Shown: positions 19,009-28,316 of the stretch, piece after piece | Layout of the letters: each line of letters begins with the position of its first letter | How positions within the stretch are numbered: the stretch's first letter is position 1 | The notes under the pieces: generated by a model | Databases searched by the model: none | What the model was told of the DNA's origin: nothing | The model's input: only the letters and a program-made list of their open reading frames with translations | Virus record (IMG/VR): IMGVR_UViG_3300018080_000149 | Span: 23,401 to 87,400 of that record | DNA length: 64,000 bases | From: a virus | Reading direction: 5' to 3' (one strand) | Translations under genes and position numbers: made by a program

Positions 19009-19837
19009 GGGTCTCCTCCTCGAATCCAGGCTCGGCGTACACACAGACCTCGCCGCTAGGTGATGTAAGCGTCAGGTGAGATTCTGCCTGACCTATGATG
19101 TAATCGTTGGTCAAGGGAATCTTCCCGAGGCGGGTGTACGCTATGTATCTGGGTATTGCGTATCCAGAGACGGTGTGGTGTAGGTCTCGTATGATGAGAC
19201 GCCCTGTGTAGCTGTGAACCCTTAGATGCGCGAGACTAGGCTGTGGGTCACACTGGTATAGGTAGTAGGGTCGAACCCCACACTCGATCAGCGCCCCCAC
19301 GAGATCCCTCTGTGCTTGTGGTGTATCGTTGATCCCTTTGAGTAGGACGGACTGGTTCAGGACACTGACGCCAAACTGACGTAGACGATGGAGTGCTCGT
19401 TTGACAGGCCGTGATAGCTCGTTGGCGTGGTTGACGTGAACCGCCAGCCACGTACCATGTAGAGCCATACACAGCGCATCATCGAACAGGTCCGGTCGTA
19501 CTACTGGCGCTCTTGATCCGATTCGGATCACCCCCACCCCCATCAGCCTTAGTCTGGCTATGATGCGAAGTAGGTTGTCGACCGAGGTAAAGGGGTCGCC
19601 CCCGGTTAGCAGTACCTCACGAACGTCACTCTTCTCGATGTAAAAGAGTGCCTTATCTAAGTCAGCCCAGGTTGGGCCGTCACCCTGAACCACGTCGCCT
19701 CGACAGCAATGTTCACAGTATGTAAAACACCGTGTTGTTACCATCAAGGCGACGCGGTCAGGGTAACGGTGGATCAACCATGGAACAGGCATCAGTTCCT
19801 TGTCACCAGCGTAGTCCAACCATCGCGGCCCGGACAT
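19001..19837 (-). CDS. KamA/EpmB-family radical SAM, PLP-dependent aminomutase-like protein
   Basis: HRYPDR, CFTYCEHC (CxxxCxxC), LLTGGDP, IRIGSR, HVNH, NQSVLLKGIND, PYYLYQCD, SGYAIP and GKIP (PLP Lys). Confidence 0.9.
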   Translation of the reverse strand: MSGPRWLDYAGDKELMPVPWLIHRYPDRVALMVTTRCFTYCEHCCRGDVVQGDGPTWADLDKALFYIEKSDVREVLLTGGDPFTSVDNLLRIIARLRLMGVGVIRIGSRAPVVRPDLFDDALCMALHGTWLAVHVNHANELSRPVKRALHRLRQFGVSVLNQSVLLKGINDTPQAQRDLVGALIECGVRPYYLYQCDPQPSLAHLRVHSYTGRLIIRDLHHTVSGYAIPRYIAYTRLGKIPLTNDYIIGQAESHLTLTSPSGEVCVYAEPGFEEETHG

Positions 19838-19838
19838 A

Positions 19839-20114
19839 TTACCTCAACATGTCCGTGAGTAGGAAGGACACGCCACGCAACGACATGACGTCCATCCCAG
19901 TGACGTCCGCGATGATCTGAGCGAGATCAACTTCCTTGGTTGGGTCCACTTTGCGAACTTTCGCCTTGACAGCGTCCTTCTGTTCAGCGGTCAAGACGAT
20001 CTTTGAGACGTCGATGTTTTCAGAGATGCTAGCTCCATCGCTAGAGTCAGCGATCTCCACCTTTCGCCCGCTACGCTCGATATCATCGAGCTTCTTACCG
20101 ACATCATCACTCAT
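19839..20114 (-). CDS. Hypothetical protein
   Basis: 91 aa with an AGGAG RBS, tightly packed with its neighbours. Confidence 0.7.
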   Translation of the reverse strand: MSDDVGKKLDDIERSGRKVEIADSSDGASISENIDVSKIVLTAEQKDAVKAKVRKVDPTKEVDLAQIIADVTGMDVMSLRGVSFLLTDMLR

Positions 20115-20123
20115 TGCGGTCTC

Positions 20124-23087
20124 CTAGTTCCCTTTCTTCGCGGCCTTCCGTTGAGACGGAGTCATCCCGAAGGCTTCGAGATGGACGGCGGCGCAGAAAG
20201 CGTTGGGGTCTGACGCAAAGTCCCTAGCCTTCTTGAGACAGAACGTGTACGGGTGGTCCCCGCCCTCGCGCTTCATCTTGGCTGCCCAAGCCTGGATAGC
20301 CTTGGACGGATGGGCCTTGAGGAAGTCTACAAGGTCGAGTGACTCACCGATGATCGGAATCGGATCACTGCCCTTCATCATCTTCTTGAGACGGGCGGCG
20401 AGCTTCTTGGGGTCTTCACCACGCTCAAAAGCTGCCTTCAACTCCTTGGGACCGAACTTCCCTCGGAGCTTTGTCATGGCCCCGCCAAGGGCCATACCGA
20501 GAGCCTGGCCAACTGCAAAGGAGAAGTTGTTACGGGCGATCCTGTACTCGTCAGAGTTGGGGTCCATCTTCCCAGCCTTAGACGCCCCAGCGGACGCACG
20601 AGACTTGGGAACCGGCGAAGTCTTCTTGGGGCGTACCTTGATACCAGCCTTCTTTGGGGTCTTCCCTTGCGGTGTGGGTCCAGCCTTCGGCTCTTTCTTC
20701 GGCTTGGGGGGCTTCCCCGGCTTGGACTTGACAGTGACGCCTTTGCCCTTGGGGACCGCAGATTCAGGCGTAGCCAACGGATCGTGCTTCGGAGTCTTTC
20801 GTCGAGACTTGACGGGAGTCGAGCTGAGAGTTTTTTCAGCACCCTTGGGCTTCTTCTCCGAGGACTTGCGCTTGACACCCCTGATCTTTGCAAACGGATT
20901 ACCACGCTTCATAGCCTGGTCAATCGGCTCGCGTCGCGTGACACCGCCCATTTTCCGCCGCACCTTGAGGTCGCTATGGTGGAATGGGCCTTTGACCTTG
21001 CCGTCTTTGTGGGACCTGACCTTGACACCATCAGGGCCGACTTCGACGACATCAGCGTAGTTGCCCGACTTCAACTGGACAACAACCCCAACCTTGATAC
21101 CTGACGCCTCCGCTGAAGCCATACGAGCGGCATCTTCAGTCTTCTTTTTCTCGTCCAAACTACCAGCGCCGCCATAGCCCTGAGACTTCAGCTTCTCGAT
21201 GTATCGTTGTGCCCCAGCCGCCGTGGAGAAATCCTTGGACAACCCCGGACGCTGGACGACATACTCTTTGTTGTACTGCGTAGGCTTACCACGCTTTACG
21301 TGAATCGAACCGCCGATAGAGAAGCCCTCACCTGTCTTGAGGTCTTTGACAGGCTTCTCACTGCCACCAAGGGAACTCCTCGTGATCGGGTTCTCTGGAT
21401 CGTCAGGGCCAACCTGCTTGACGTAGACCGTCTGACGACGCCCACGCTTGTTGGTGATAGTCTTCTTAGTCAGCTTGGTAACGTCTTTACGACCAGCCTT
21501 GTGAAAGTCGATGAACTCAGCTTTGGAGTAGCTCTTACTACCAGACATAGCACAGTTGTCGATGACGGTGTACACCTTCTTGGCGAGTGGAGTACACACG
21601 TCACAGGTGTGCATGACCTCGCCACCCTTCAGCGTGAGCTTCGTCGTGGCGGGCTTCTTACAGCCCTTGTACTCGCAGGTCATGTCACCCTTGATCAGAT
21701 TCAGATCAGTGTCGGACTTTGGAAAGTAGCCGCCACCGCCATAGTCGCGCCGTGCCCTGGAGCGTTCCGCCCGCCCAACATCGGAAGCGAGCTTGGCTTC
21801 ATTTGATGACTTCCCGCCACCTCGACGGCCACCACCGTAATGCCGCTTCACACCCTCGCGCTCGCGCTGAGCCGCCCCGGCGAGAGATTTGGCCTCGGCG
21901 GCCTCATCGGCTGTACGTGTCGTGTGGTAGTTTTGCAACTTTCGGAAAAAGTCCCCTGACGAGAGACCACTAGACTTACCATACTTCTCGTACAGTTTGT
22001 CCGCTGCGGCCTTCATCTGTGAGACACTGGCGTCATCATCCCAGAGCTTTTCCGCTACTGATTTCACAGCGGACGCTACAGTAGATCCCCCCTTGGGCTT
22101 CTGCTCAGACTTTGAGGGGCGAACCCACTTGGTCTGTCGTCGACCACGCTTGTCCGTGATGACCTTGCGAACGAGACCCTCACGGGCTTTGAAGACGTCA
22201 TAGCCTCCGGCCCACGCTTCCTCAGAGAACTCGTCAAGGAGGTCGACGTTCTCATCCTTGAGCATCGCTTCGGCCCAAGCCTCGGCGTTGGTGTGAATGT
22301 CGTAGACGATCCGCTGAGCGATGTCTTGACGGAATCGCTCCTCACGAATGAGGGGCATCTGAGCCTTGAACATCTCAGCGCCACACGGGGGACAGATGTC
22401 TGTAACTTGAGCCCGAGAGAGGAACCCCTTGGGGACCACGCCATGCGAACGGAACAGCTCCAGGTCCTCACGGGACCTCGGTACGAAGTCAGCGATGTTC
22501 GGCTTAGGCGCGAATGCCTTGACCAGGTCCTCACGGACCTCGTCGGCCAGAGCGACGACCTGTTCTGAATAGGTCATGGACTTGGCGTTTTCGTTCTTGT
22601 GCCCGATGTCGATAGTGACAGAGCCCCTTGGCGTAGCCGACTCATCATCAGACTTCACGGGCTCGGGCTCCTTGTATTTGCGGTCTTGGTATTGTTCCGC
22701 CGAGCGCTTCCCGGCTTTACAGAGTTCGATCTCTTGCTCAATGGCGTCGTCGACAGCCTCACGACAGGCTGACTTGGTGACCACGTCCTTCGCGGCTTTG
22801 AGCCATTTGTTTATGCCCATAGCGGCTGTGAGCTTGTCACAGATGGACTGACCAGCGATCTTGGAAACCTTGTCCTTGAACTCTTGCGAGGCTTTCTCCC
22901 AGAACGTGTCGCCATTCTCGCGAACCTTGGCCCAGTCGATACCTTTATCGTGGCTTGCGTATCTCTTCCACTCGTATGAATGATGAATCGTGTCTCTAGC
23001 CGAATCGCGAATAATCGCCTTGGCGTAGGACTCTGCATCATCTTTACCCATAGCGGGAGAGTCCTTGTCAGTGGACGGAACGTACAT
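20124..23087 (-). CDS. Large basic multi-module head-cargo/internal protein (987 aa)
   Basis: Follows the portal. Has many hydrophobic-x-K-[AGS] sites, two copies of a KxITxKRGRRQT motif, and small Cys modules. Confidence 0.7.
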   Translation of the reverse strand: MYVPSTDKDSPAMGKDDAESYAKAIIRDSARDTIHHSYEWKRYASHDKGIDWAKVRENGDTFWEKASQEFKDKVSKIAGQSICDKLTAAMGINKWLKAAKDVVTKSACREAVDDAIEQEIELCKAGKRSAEQYQDRKYKEPEPVKSDDESATPRGSVTIDIGHKNENAKSMTYSEQVVALADEVREDLVKAFAPKPNIADFVPRSREDLELFRSHGVVPKGFLSRAQVTDICPPCGAEMFKAQMPLIREERFRQDIAQRIVYDIHTNAEAWAEAMLKDENVDLLDEFSEEAWAGGYDVFKAREGLVRKVITDKRGRRQTKWVRPSKSEQKPKGGSTVASAVKSVAEKLWDDDASVSQMKAAADKLYEKYGKSSGLSSGDFFRKLQNYHTTRTADEAAEAKSLAGAAQREREGVKRHYGGGRRGGGKSSNEAKLASDVGRAERSRARRDYGGGGYFPKSDTDLNLIKGDMTCEYKGCKKPATTKLTLKGGEVMHTCDVCTPLAKKVYTVIDNCAMSGSKSYSKAEFIDFHKAGRKDVTKLTKKTITNKRGRRQTVYVKQVGPDDPENPITRSSLGGSEKPVKDLKTGEGFSIGGSIHVKRGKPTQYNKEYVVQRPGLSKDFSTAAGAQRYIEKLKSQGYGGAGSLDEKKKTEDAARMASAEASGIKVGVVVQLKSGNYADVVEVGPDGVKVRSHKDGKVKGPFHHSDLKVRRKMGGVTRREPIDQAMKRGNPFAKIRGVKRKSSEKKPKGAEKTLSSTPVKSRRKTPKHDPLATPESAVPKGKGVTVKSKPGKPPKPKKEPKAGPTPQGKTPKKAGIKVRPKKTSPVPKSRASAGASKAGKMDPNSDEYRIARNNFSFAVGQALGMALGGAMTKLRGKFGPKELKAAFERGEDPKKLAARLKKMMKGSDPIPIIGESLDLVDFLKAHPSKAIQAWAAKMKREGGDHPYTFCLKKARDFASDPNAFCAAVHLEAFGMTPSQRKAAKKGN

Positions 23088-23131
23088 CAGGGTATGCCCT
23101 CCCAGCGCTTGTGGCGCTGATATGAATTAGA

Positions 23132-23401
23132 TCACCTCTGAAGTTTAGGAGGCACTTTCTCCAGGTCCTTCACGAAGTCTTGAATAGTGTCGTAACGAGT
23201 ACCCAGCGCTTCAAGCAACTGGATAGCTACGAGGTGACTGGTAGTAAGCTCACCGCCCGTCTGAGCCGCCTCCGCCACCTCGCGTCGAACAGCCATCAAA
23301 AGATGAGCAAGCTTCGACTGGACTACCAGAGATCTCCCTCCTCTGGCTCGTCCATGTCCCACTGCTCGCCCTTCGAGGCCGGTGTCGTCGAGGATTCCCA
23401 C
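23132..23401 (-). CDS. Hypothetical protein (start uncertain)
   Basis: Fills the gap between the portal and the 987-aa gene. The annotated start overlaps the portal. Confidence 0.45.
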   Translation of the reverse strand: MGILDDTGLEGRAVGHGRARGGRSLVVQSKLAHLLMAVRREVAEAAQTGGELTTSHLVAIQLLEALGTRYDTIQDFVKDLEKVPPKLQR

Positions 23402-24888
23402 TCTTCGCCTCCTCCAGCGTCACCACCTTGTTGTGCGGCCTCTCCCTCGCCCTCTTCGCCCTGTTGGGCCATCATCTGGTCAGCCTGTTTGGCTTGCATC
23501 CAGATAGCGTCTCGAATGACATCACCGTCGTCCCGAGTGTCCAATCCATGCGACACCCGGATCTCGTTGATCGTCATGTATACCCTGGACTTTTTGTCGT
23601 CCTGGTCAAGCCTCTCAGAATCCGACTGCCGGTCAAACCCAATGAAAGAAAACTCAAAGTCTTCTGTCTGGTCAAGAAGGGGCATCAACTCTTCGTTGAG
23701 ACAGTCCTCCAAGAAAGCCAACAGCGTCCTGAGTCCCTTGTCTCTTGAAGCAGTCAAACGTGTGGCTTCGGGTGAGGATTGAATCATCGCTGGTGACGCC
23801 CCAGCTATACCGCCTGAGCGGTTCGGAAAGTTCACCTCTGCCGGGTCCATCCCATACAGAGCCGTCACTGTGTTGACTAGGTAGTCAAGAAAGTTCCCAA
23901 ATTCGATGTCCGTCGCTTGTGGAAAGTGGATGAATTGCATCTGTCCACCGCGAGGGATTGGTAGAAGGGGGATACGGTGTTTCCCCCTGTACGTTGCAAC
24001 CTGTGTCTTATACTTGTTTTCCAAGACCTGGAGCTGAGCCTCTGACATGTCAGCGCCCGTCAGCGCCATGAGCCCCTTCGGCATTGAGCCGGGGTGGAAC
24101 TGACGGCTATTTGTCTCGTCAATCCCCAGATGAGCCATCACCTTCTTCAGCGCAATTTCTGTCTCGGCGAGAGAATACCCTGAGTAAGCCAGCTCAGTCG
24201 TTACATTCTCTGGGCAGAACATAAGTTCCTTGTCGGAGAACGTGGCGACAGCCTGATTATTGTAGAGCTGTACGTATGCCTGATCTGGTGTCTTACGCTT
24301 GGTCGGGTCGACGATTCTGATCGAAGCCCCGTCAATAGCGTAAAACTGGATTGGGTCGCCCTTCCTGTCAAGCTGAATCTCAGCGCACGCTTGATCAATG
24401 GTGAGCCTGTCCTTCGTAAACCTCCACAGGAACGTGGCGAAGGATCGCTCAATACGCTGATCCTGTGGCACGTCTTCACGACAACAGCGAGCTAGGAAAC
24501 CATTGATCTCGTCTTCGCGCTTCTCTACCGCTGGCGTCCTATCACCAGCAGCGGCTTTCAACCTAACCCGGAAGCCTGTGGCGTTTGTCTTTTCAGCCTC
24601 GTCATGGGTGCGGATTCGCGAGAAAGCTTTGACCTGTCGAAGACGGGTCAAGATAATCATCGCTAGTACAGTGTCGCGCTTACAGAGGTATCGCAGGACA
24701 TTGTAGTTCACTACCTGGGGTTTCTCTTTATGAGCGATCCCAGCGATGGCCCACACATCGGGGTCCACCACAAGTGCTACTCCTGGCCCTCGCGCTTCGT
24801 CGTACTTAGCCGCTCCCATCTTGGTAGCTTTTTGGATATCCATGGTGGTGTCTTGCACCCATCCAACGATATCCGTAATCAGCCCCAT
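23323..24888 (-). CDS. Portal protein
   Basis: Follows the large terminase. DRLTIDQ, FYAIDGASI, F...SMPKG, YGMDPAEVNF, SRDKGL..LL and TINEIR motifs of Twort/HK97-type portals. Confidence 0.92.
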   Translation of the reverse strand: MGLITDIVGWVQDTTMDIQKATKMGAAKYDEARGPGVALVVDPDVWAIAGIAHKEKPQVVNYNVLRYLCKRDTVLAMIILTRLRQVKAFSRIRTHDEAEKTNATGFRVRLKAAAGDRTPAVEKREDEINGFLARCCREDVPQDQRIERSFATFLWRFTKDRLTIDQACAEIQLDRKGDPIQFYAIDGASIRIVDPTKRKTPDQAYVQLYNNQAVATFSDKELMFCPENVTTELAYSGYSLAETEIALKKVMAHLGIDETNSRQFHPGSMPKGLMALTGADMSEAQLQVLENKYKTQVATYRGKHRIPLLPIPRGGQMQFIHFPQATDIEFGNFLDYLVNTVTALYGMDPAEVNFPNRSGGIAGASPAMIQSSPEATRLTASRDKGLRTLLAFLEDCLNEELMPLLDQTEDFEFSFIGFDRQSDSERLDQDDKKSRVYMTINEIRVSHGLDTRDDGDVIRDAIWMQAKQADQMMAQQGEEGEGEAAQQGGDAGGGEEWESSTTPASKGEQWDMDEPEEGDLW

Positions 24889-24899
24889 TGAACTACCTC

Positions 24900-26729
24900 C
24901 TAAAAGTCGAACAGATCCATGGCATCTACCACATCGTCAAACGTTGGTAGCCCCAAGGAGCTGTGTGGATCTGTATCAGATCGAATGGAGCCTGGCGGGT
25001 CAATCTCTCGCACACTTACGTTGTGTACCCTCAACCACCTTAGCCCTATCATAGCGTAGTTGAACGCGTGCAGGAAGTGGTCTGGACCCGTACTCTCCGC
25101 CACCTCGACCATCGACCCATCCCTCAGTTCTTCAACCGTGATAGCCACGTTTCTGAAGTGCATGTCGATAACGTCGAGGTGTTTCTCAAGGTGTTGTAAC
25201 TTTGGTATGGTGAGTTGCTTGTTGTACAGTTCGTTGAGCCGCTCCTTGATCGAAGGAGCCCTACCTATGGCACACGATGGGTACGCCGCGTTGTTACTCG
25301 GGTTCTGAGGCCCGAAGAGAACTTCTGACGTAGCCCCAGCCGTTCCTGCCGGTGGGTACTTACAGATCCAGGTCTGACACGGAGCGCGTTGGTAGAGTTT
25401 AGGATTCCTGTCTTGCCCATAGCCGTAGTCAGCGACCACACAGTCAGCCTTCCACCGCTGGGCCAACTCCACCATTGCGTTGACGGTGTCCTCTGGGTCC
25501 GTGGTGTCAAGGAACATAAACGGTTCGAGTAGTATGGGATTCTGATGCTCTGGTGTGATACCGAGTACAAAGGCCCAGTTCGATTTACCCCAGTCAATAC
25601 CGACTACGACATTAGTTGCCTTGAACTGACGGTCGAAGTCTGATCTTGATGAGATCATGATCTCAGGGTGAACCAACTGGTACACGAAGTTTTCTGCTAG
25701 CTGAGCGGAGTCTCCCATGTACCCCTCGGCTAGTACGTAGTTGTACCACTTACCGATAGGCTTGTACTCACGAAGCTTCCGCATAATGTCATCGGCGGTG
25801 ATCCAGACACAGTCGAGCTGACTCGCCTTGTAGCCTCGAATCTCGCCTTTAGCGTTGTGCGATACCCATTCGTTCTTGGCCCCCCAACGGTCAAGCTCCT
25901 TCCCACACTTTAGACACGCGATGATGAAAGCGCCATCAGGAACACTTGCTGTTTCATCATGGGCCTCTAGCCTTTGAAGGAGCGTAGAGGAGCCCTTGAC
26001 CTGTTGTATGTTGGAGCTTGTCAAGAACTGCCAATGGCCACACTTGTTACACTTGTACATCCATCTGTGTTGGTCACTGTTGACATATTGCCCATCGACG
26101 CCAACCTTTGGGAACGTTGGCGTAGAGAAGATACGAAGGTGTTTCATCTTTGATGACGACAGGCACTCTCGGAAGGCCGCGATGACCCCCGGTTTCATCC
26201 TGTCAAACTCATCAAGGAACACTCTATCGGCTGCGGTTGATTCACCGAGGTCTTCGTTCCAGCTACCAGTAATGAGAATGTCAGACTCACCGCCACCATT
26301 CAGCGGAGTGATCTGCTTGTTCATCACTGACCCCCAACCGTCCAACAACCCGAGGACCGGATCAATGAACGCATCGGGGTGGCCTGGCTTACCTACTGGA
26401 GAGATACGAGTCCGCGCGATCTCTTGGGCCTTATCCCACTTAGGCATCGTGTAGATTGTACGACACCGACCGAGGGTAGCCATGTAGATCATGTTGCTGA
26501 TGAAGATCTCAGTGAACCCCATCTGTCGGCCCTTGGTAATAACCACTGTCCGGGACATGTCGTCGACCGGAGCGATCTGCCATGGCCTATGAGAGTGGGG
26601 GTCTTTCTTCGAGTAGAATTGCATAGGGCGTCGCTTGAGGTTACGGTACTTCGTCAACCACATCGACGGTACTAGCCAGTCCCCTATGCTTTTCTTATAC
26701 GCGGCTCGGTTCCGCTTCTTTTTCGCCAC
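24900..26729 (-). CDS. Terminase large subunit
   Basis: KGRQMGFTE (Walker A), FLDEFD (Walker B), STPT, CxxC pairs, and nuclease motifs GIDWG and DHFLHA. Confidence 0.92.
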   Translation of the reverse strand: MAKKKRNRAAYKKSIGDWLVPSMWLTKYRNLKRRPMQFYSKKDPHSHRPWQIAPVDDMSRTVVITKGRQMGFTEIFISNMIYMATLGRCRTIYTMPKWDKAQEIARTRISPVGKPGHPDAFIDPVLGLLDGWGSVMNKQITPLNGGGESDILITGSWNEDLGESTAADRVFLDEFDRMKPGVIAAFRECLSSSKMKHLRIFSTPTFPKVGVDGQYVNSDQHRWMYKCNKCGHWQFLTSSNIQQVKGSSTLLQRLEAHDETASVPDGAFIIACLKCGKELDRWGAKNEWVSHNAKGEIRGYKASQLDCVWITADDIMRKLREYKPIGKWYNYVLAEGYMGDSAQLAENFVYQLVHPEIMISSRSDFDRQFKATNVVVGIDWGKSNWAFVLGITPEHQNPILLEPFMFLDTTDPEDTVNAMVELAQRWKADCVVADYGYGQDRNPKLYQRAPCQTWICKYPPAGTAGATSEVLFGPQNPSNNAAYPSCAIGRAPSIKERLNELYNKQLTIPKLQHLEKHLDVIDMHFRNVAITVEELRDGSMVEVAESTGPDHFLHAFNYAMIGLRWLRVHNVSVREIDPPGSIRSDTDPHSSLGLPTFDDVVDAMDLFDF

Positions 26730-26739
26730 TTGATCTGTT

Positions 26740-27567
26740 TCAGATCAGGCCAGCTTTGCGAGCTAGCTCACTGTGAATGTCAGCTACCGTCATGAACGGG
26801 AAGCGCCAGGCGAAGCCGTAGCCCTCCTTCCCAGGCTTGACCTTGAGAAGCTGCCCAAGCGCCTTGTACGTCTTAGACCCGTTCTTCGCCAACGGGAGAC
26901 CACCATGGCCACCGATTGGTGAACCCATGCCGTCCATGATCTTGATGTCTCTGTTGTAGAACGTATGGCCAGGCGAGTAGTGGGTCACAACCCTGTTGAA
27001 CGTACACTGGCGAGCGCACAGCGCGTCACGTAGGAGATCACCGAAACTGTCATCACCGGAGCCGGGAGCCGAGTTTGGGTCATCGTCAGGATCGTCCCCC
27101 GTCGAGCAGGCGTAGAGAATCACAACCGGAGCGGGGTGACGACCGATAGCCGCCACGAACCGCTCCCAGTGACCCCTGTCGGTGCTCGTGAACCGTCGAC
27201 CTGGGGTAGGACTCCTGATACCAAACTGGATACCGGAGATGTAGCCGTGACAGAAGAACACGTAGACTTGCGGATACAGATAGTCCCCTGTCTCCGGCCA
27301 GACTGTCCTGGCGGCTTCCATCTTTGACAAAAGCTGTCGGGCTTGAATGTGCTTGGAGTTCTCATTGTCGATGTAGTGGACTACCTTTTCGCGGTCGAGG
27401 CCGTAGTAGTCACAGAACATCTTTGCTCCTGGGTGAAACGCTCCCGTGGCGTCACGCTTACCCTGAGTGTTGAACTCTGGAGCGAAGACGATAACCTCTT
27501 CGTTTGAAAGCAATGGTTGTTCCACTCCGCTAGCGATCTTATCATTGTAAGGGTTAGGTTCCAACAT
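26740..27567 (-). CDS. Putative caspase/hemoglobinase-fold cysteine peptidase
   Basis: VFFCHG and ILYACSTG give a His-Cys dyad, each residue following a hydrophobic strand. Confidence 0.5.
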   Translation of the reverse strand: MLEPNPYNDKIASGVEQPLLSNEEVIVFAPEFNTQGKRDATGAFHPGAKMFCDYYGLDREKVVHYIDNENSKHIQARQLLSKMEAARTVWPETGDYLYPQVYVFFCHGYISGIQFGIRSPTPGRRFTSTDRGHWERFVAAIGRHPAPVVILYACSTGDDPDDDPNSAPGSGDDSFGDLLRDALCARQCTFNRVVTHYSPGHTFYNRDIKIMDGMGSPIGGHGGLPLAKNGSKTYKALGQLLKVKPGKEGYGFAWRFPFMTVADIHSELARKAGLI

Positions 27568-27583
27568 TGCGGCCCTTCCTTCC

Positions 27584-28105
27584 TCAAATTGGTCTGAAAT
27601 TAGGGTGGTAGGGATACATGAAGTTGAACAGCTTGCCTGGGTGTATAACCTCGGCGTCTAACTGTTCCCAGCTCTCAACCCCAACGTCCCGTAGGACTAC
27701 CGACACAAACTCTGAGCAGTGAAGCTCACGAGGATTGTAACGAGGGCGCGAGATATGGCCCGTCTTCAGATACCACCACAGTTTGATCCCGTTCATAATG
27801 ATGCCCCAGTCATAGGGCGTACCGATCTTGTCTATCGCTGAAGCGATAGCTTGTCGCACTGTATCCTGACTGACACCAACAAGCTCAAAGCGCCTGAACG
27901 TTGGGTACTTGGCCCACACTTTACCCATGCGCTCTTTGACAACACCGTCTGACTGAGCGTGTATGGCCCACATACCACCAAAGGAAAGAGAACTGTACTC
28001 AATCCAGGCATGTGAACACCAGGAATCTGTCATACGACAAATCATCTTGGATGTGCGCTCGGTGTTCGTCCCTACGCCAACAACAAAGACATCAGCGGCG
28101 GGCAT
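27584..28105 (-). CDS. Permuted NlpC/P60 (YiiX-like) papain-fold enzyme
   Basis: SHAWI (His first), IGTPYDW, CSEFV (Cys last) and a C-terminal IHPG. Confidence 0.75.
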   Translation of the reverse strand: MPAADVFVVGVGTNTERTSKMICRMTDSWCSHAWIEYSSLSFGGMWAIHAQSDGVVKERMGKVWAKYPTFRRFELVGVSQDTVRQAIASAIDKIGTPYDWGIIMNGIKLWWYLKTGHISRPRYNPRELHCSEFVSVVLRDVGVESWEQLDAEVIHPGKLFNFMYPYHPNFRPI

Positions 28106-28316
28106 CGAAGTCTCCTGTCAGACCAAGACCCGAGGCGATAGTCCTAAGCCCTGTACACGCGTCGCAAGTATCAACCATACGACACGTAGATTCCACAGGG
28201 GAGATACCATCTACCTCCTCCTCTGTCTCAGTTATGGAATTGCATAGCCGACAGATCAAGGTCAACTGACGCTTAGATTTGTCAAAAGCTGACCCGTCAC
28301 ACCACGGCCACCCCAT
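28092..28316 (-). CDS. Small Cys-rich hypothetical protein
   Basis: CRLC and CDAC pairs. Translationally coupled to both neighbours. Confidence 0.5.
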   Translation of the reverse strand: MGWPWCDGSAFDKSKRQLTLICRLCNSITETEEEVDGISPVESTCRMVDTCDACTGLRTIASGLGLTGDFDARR

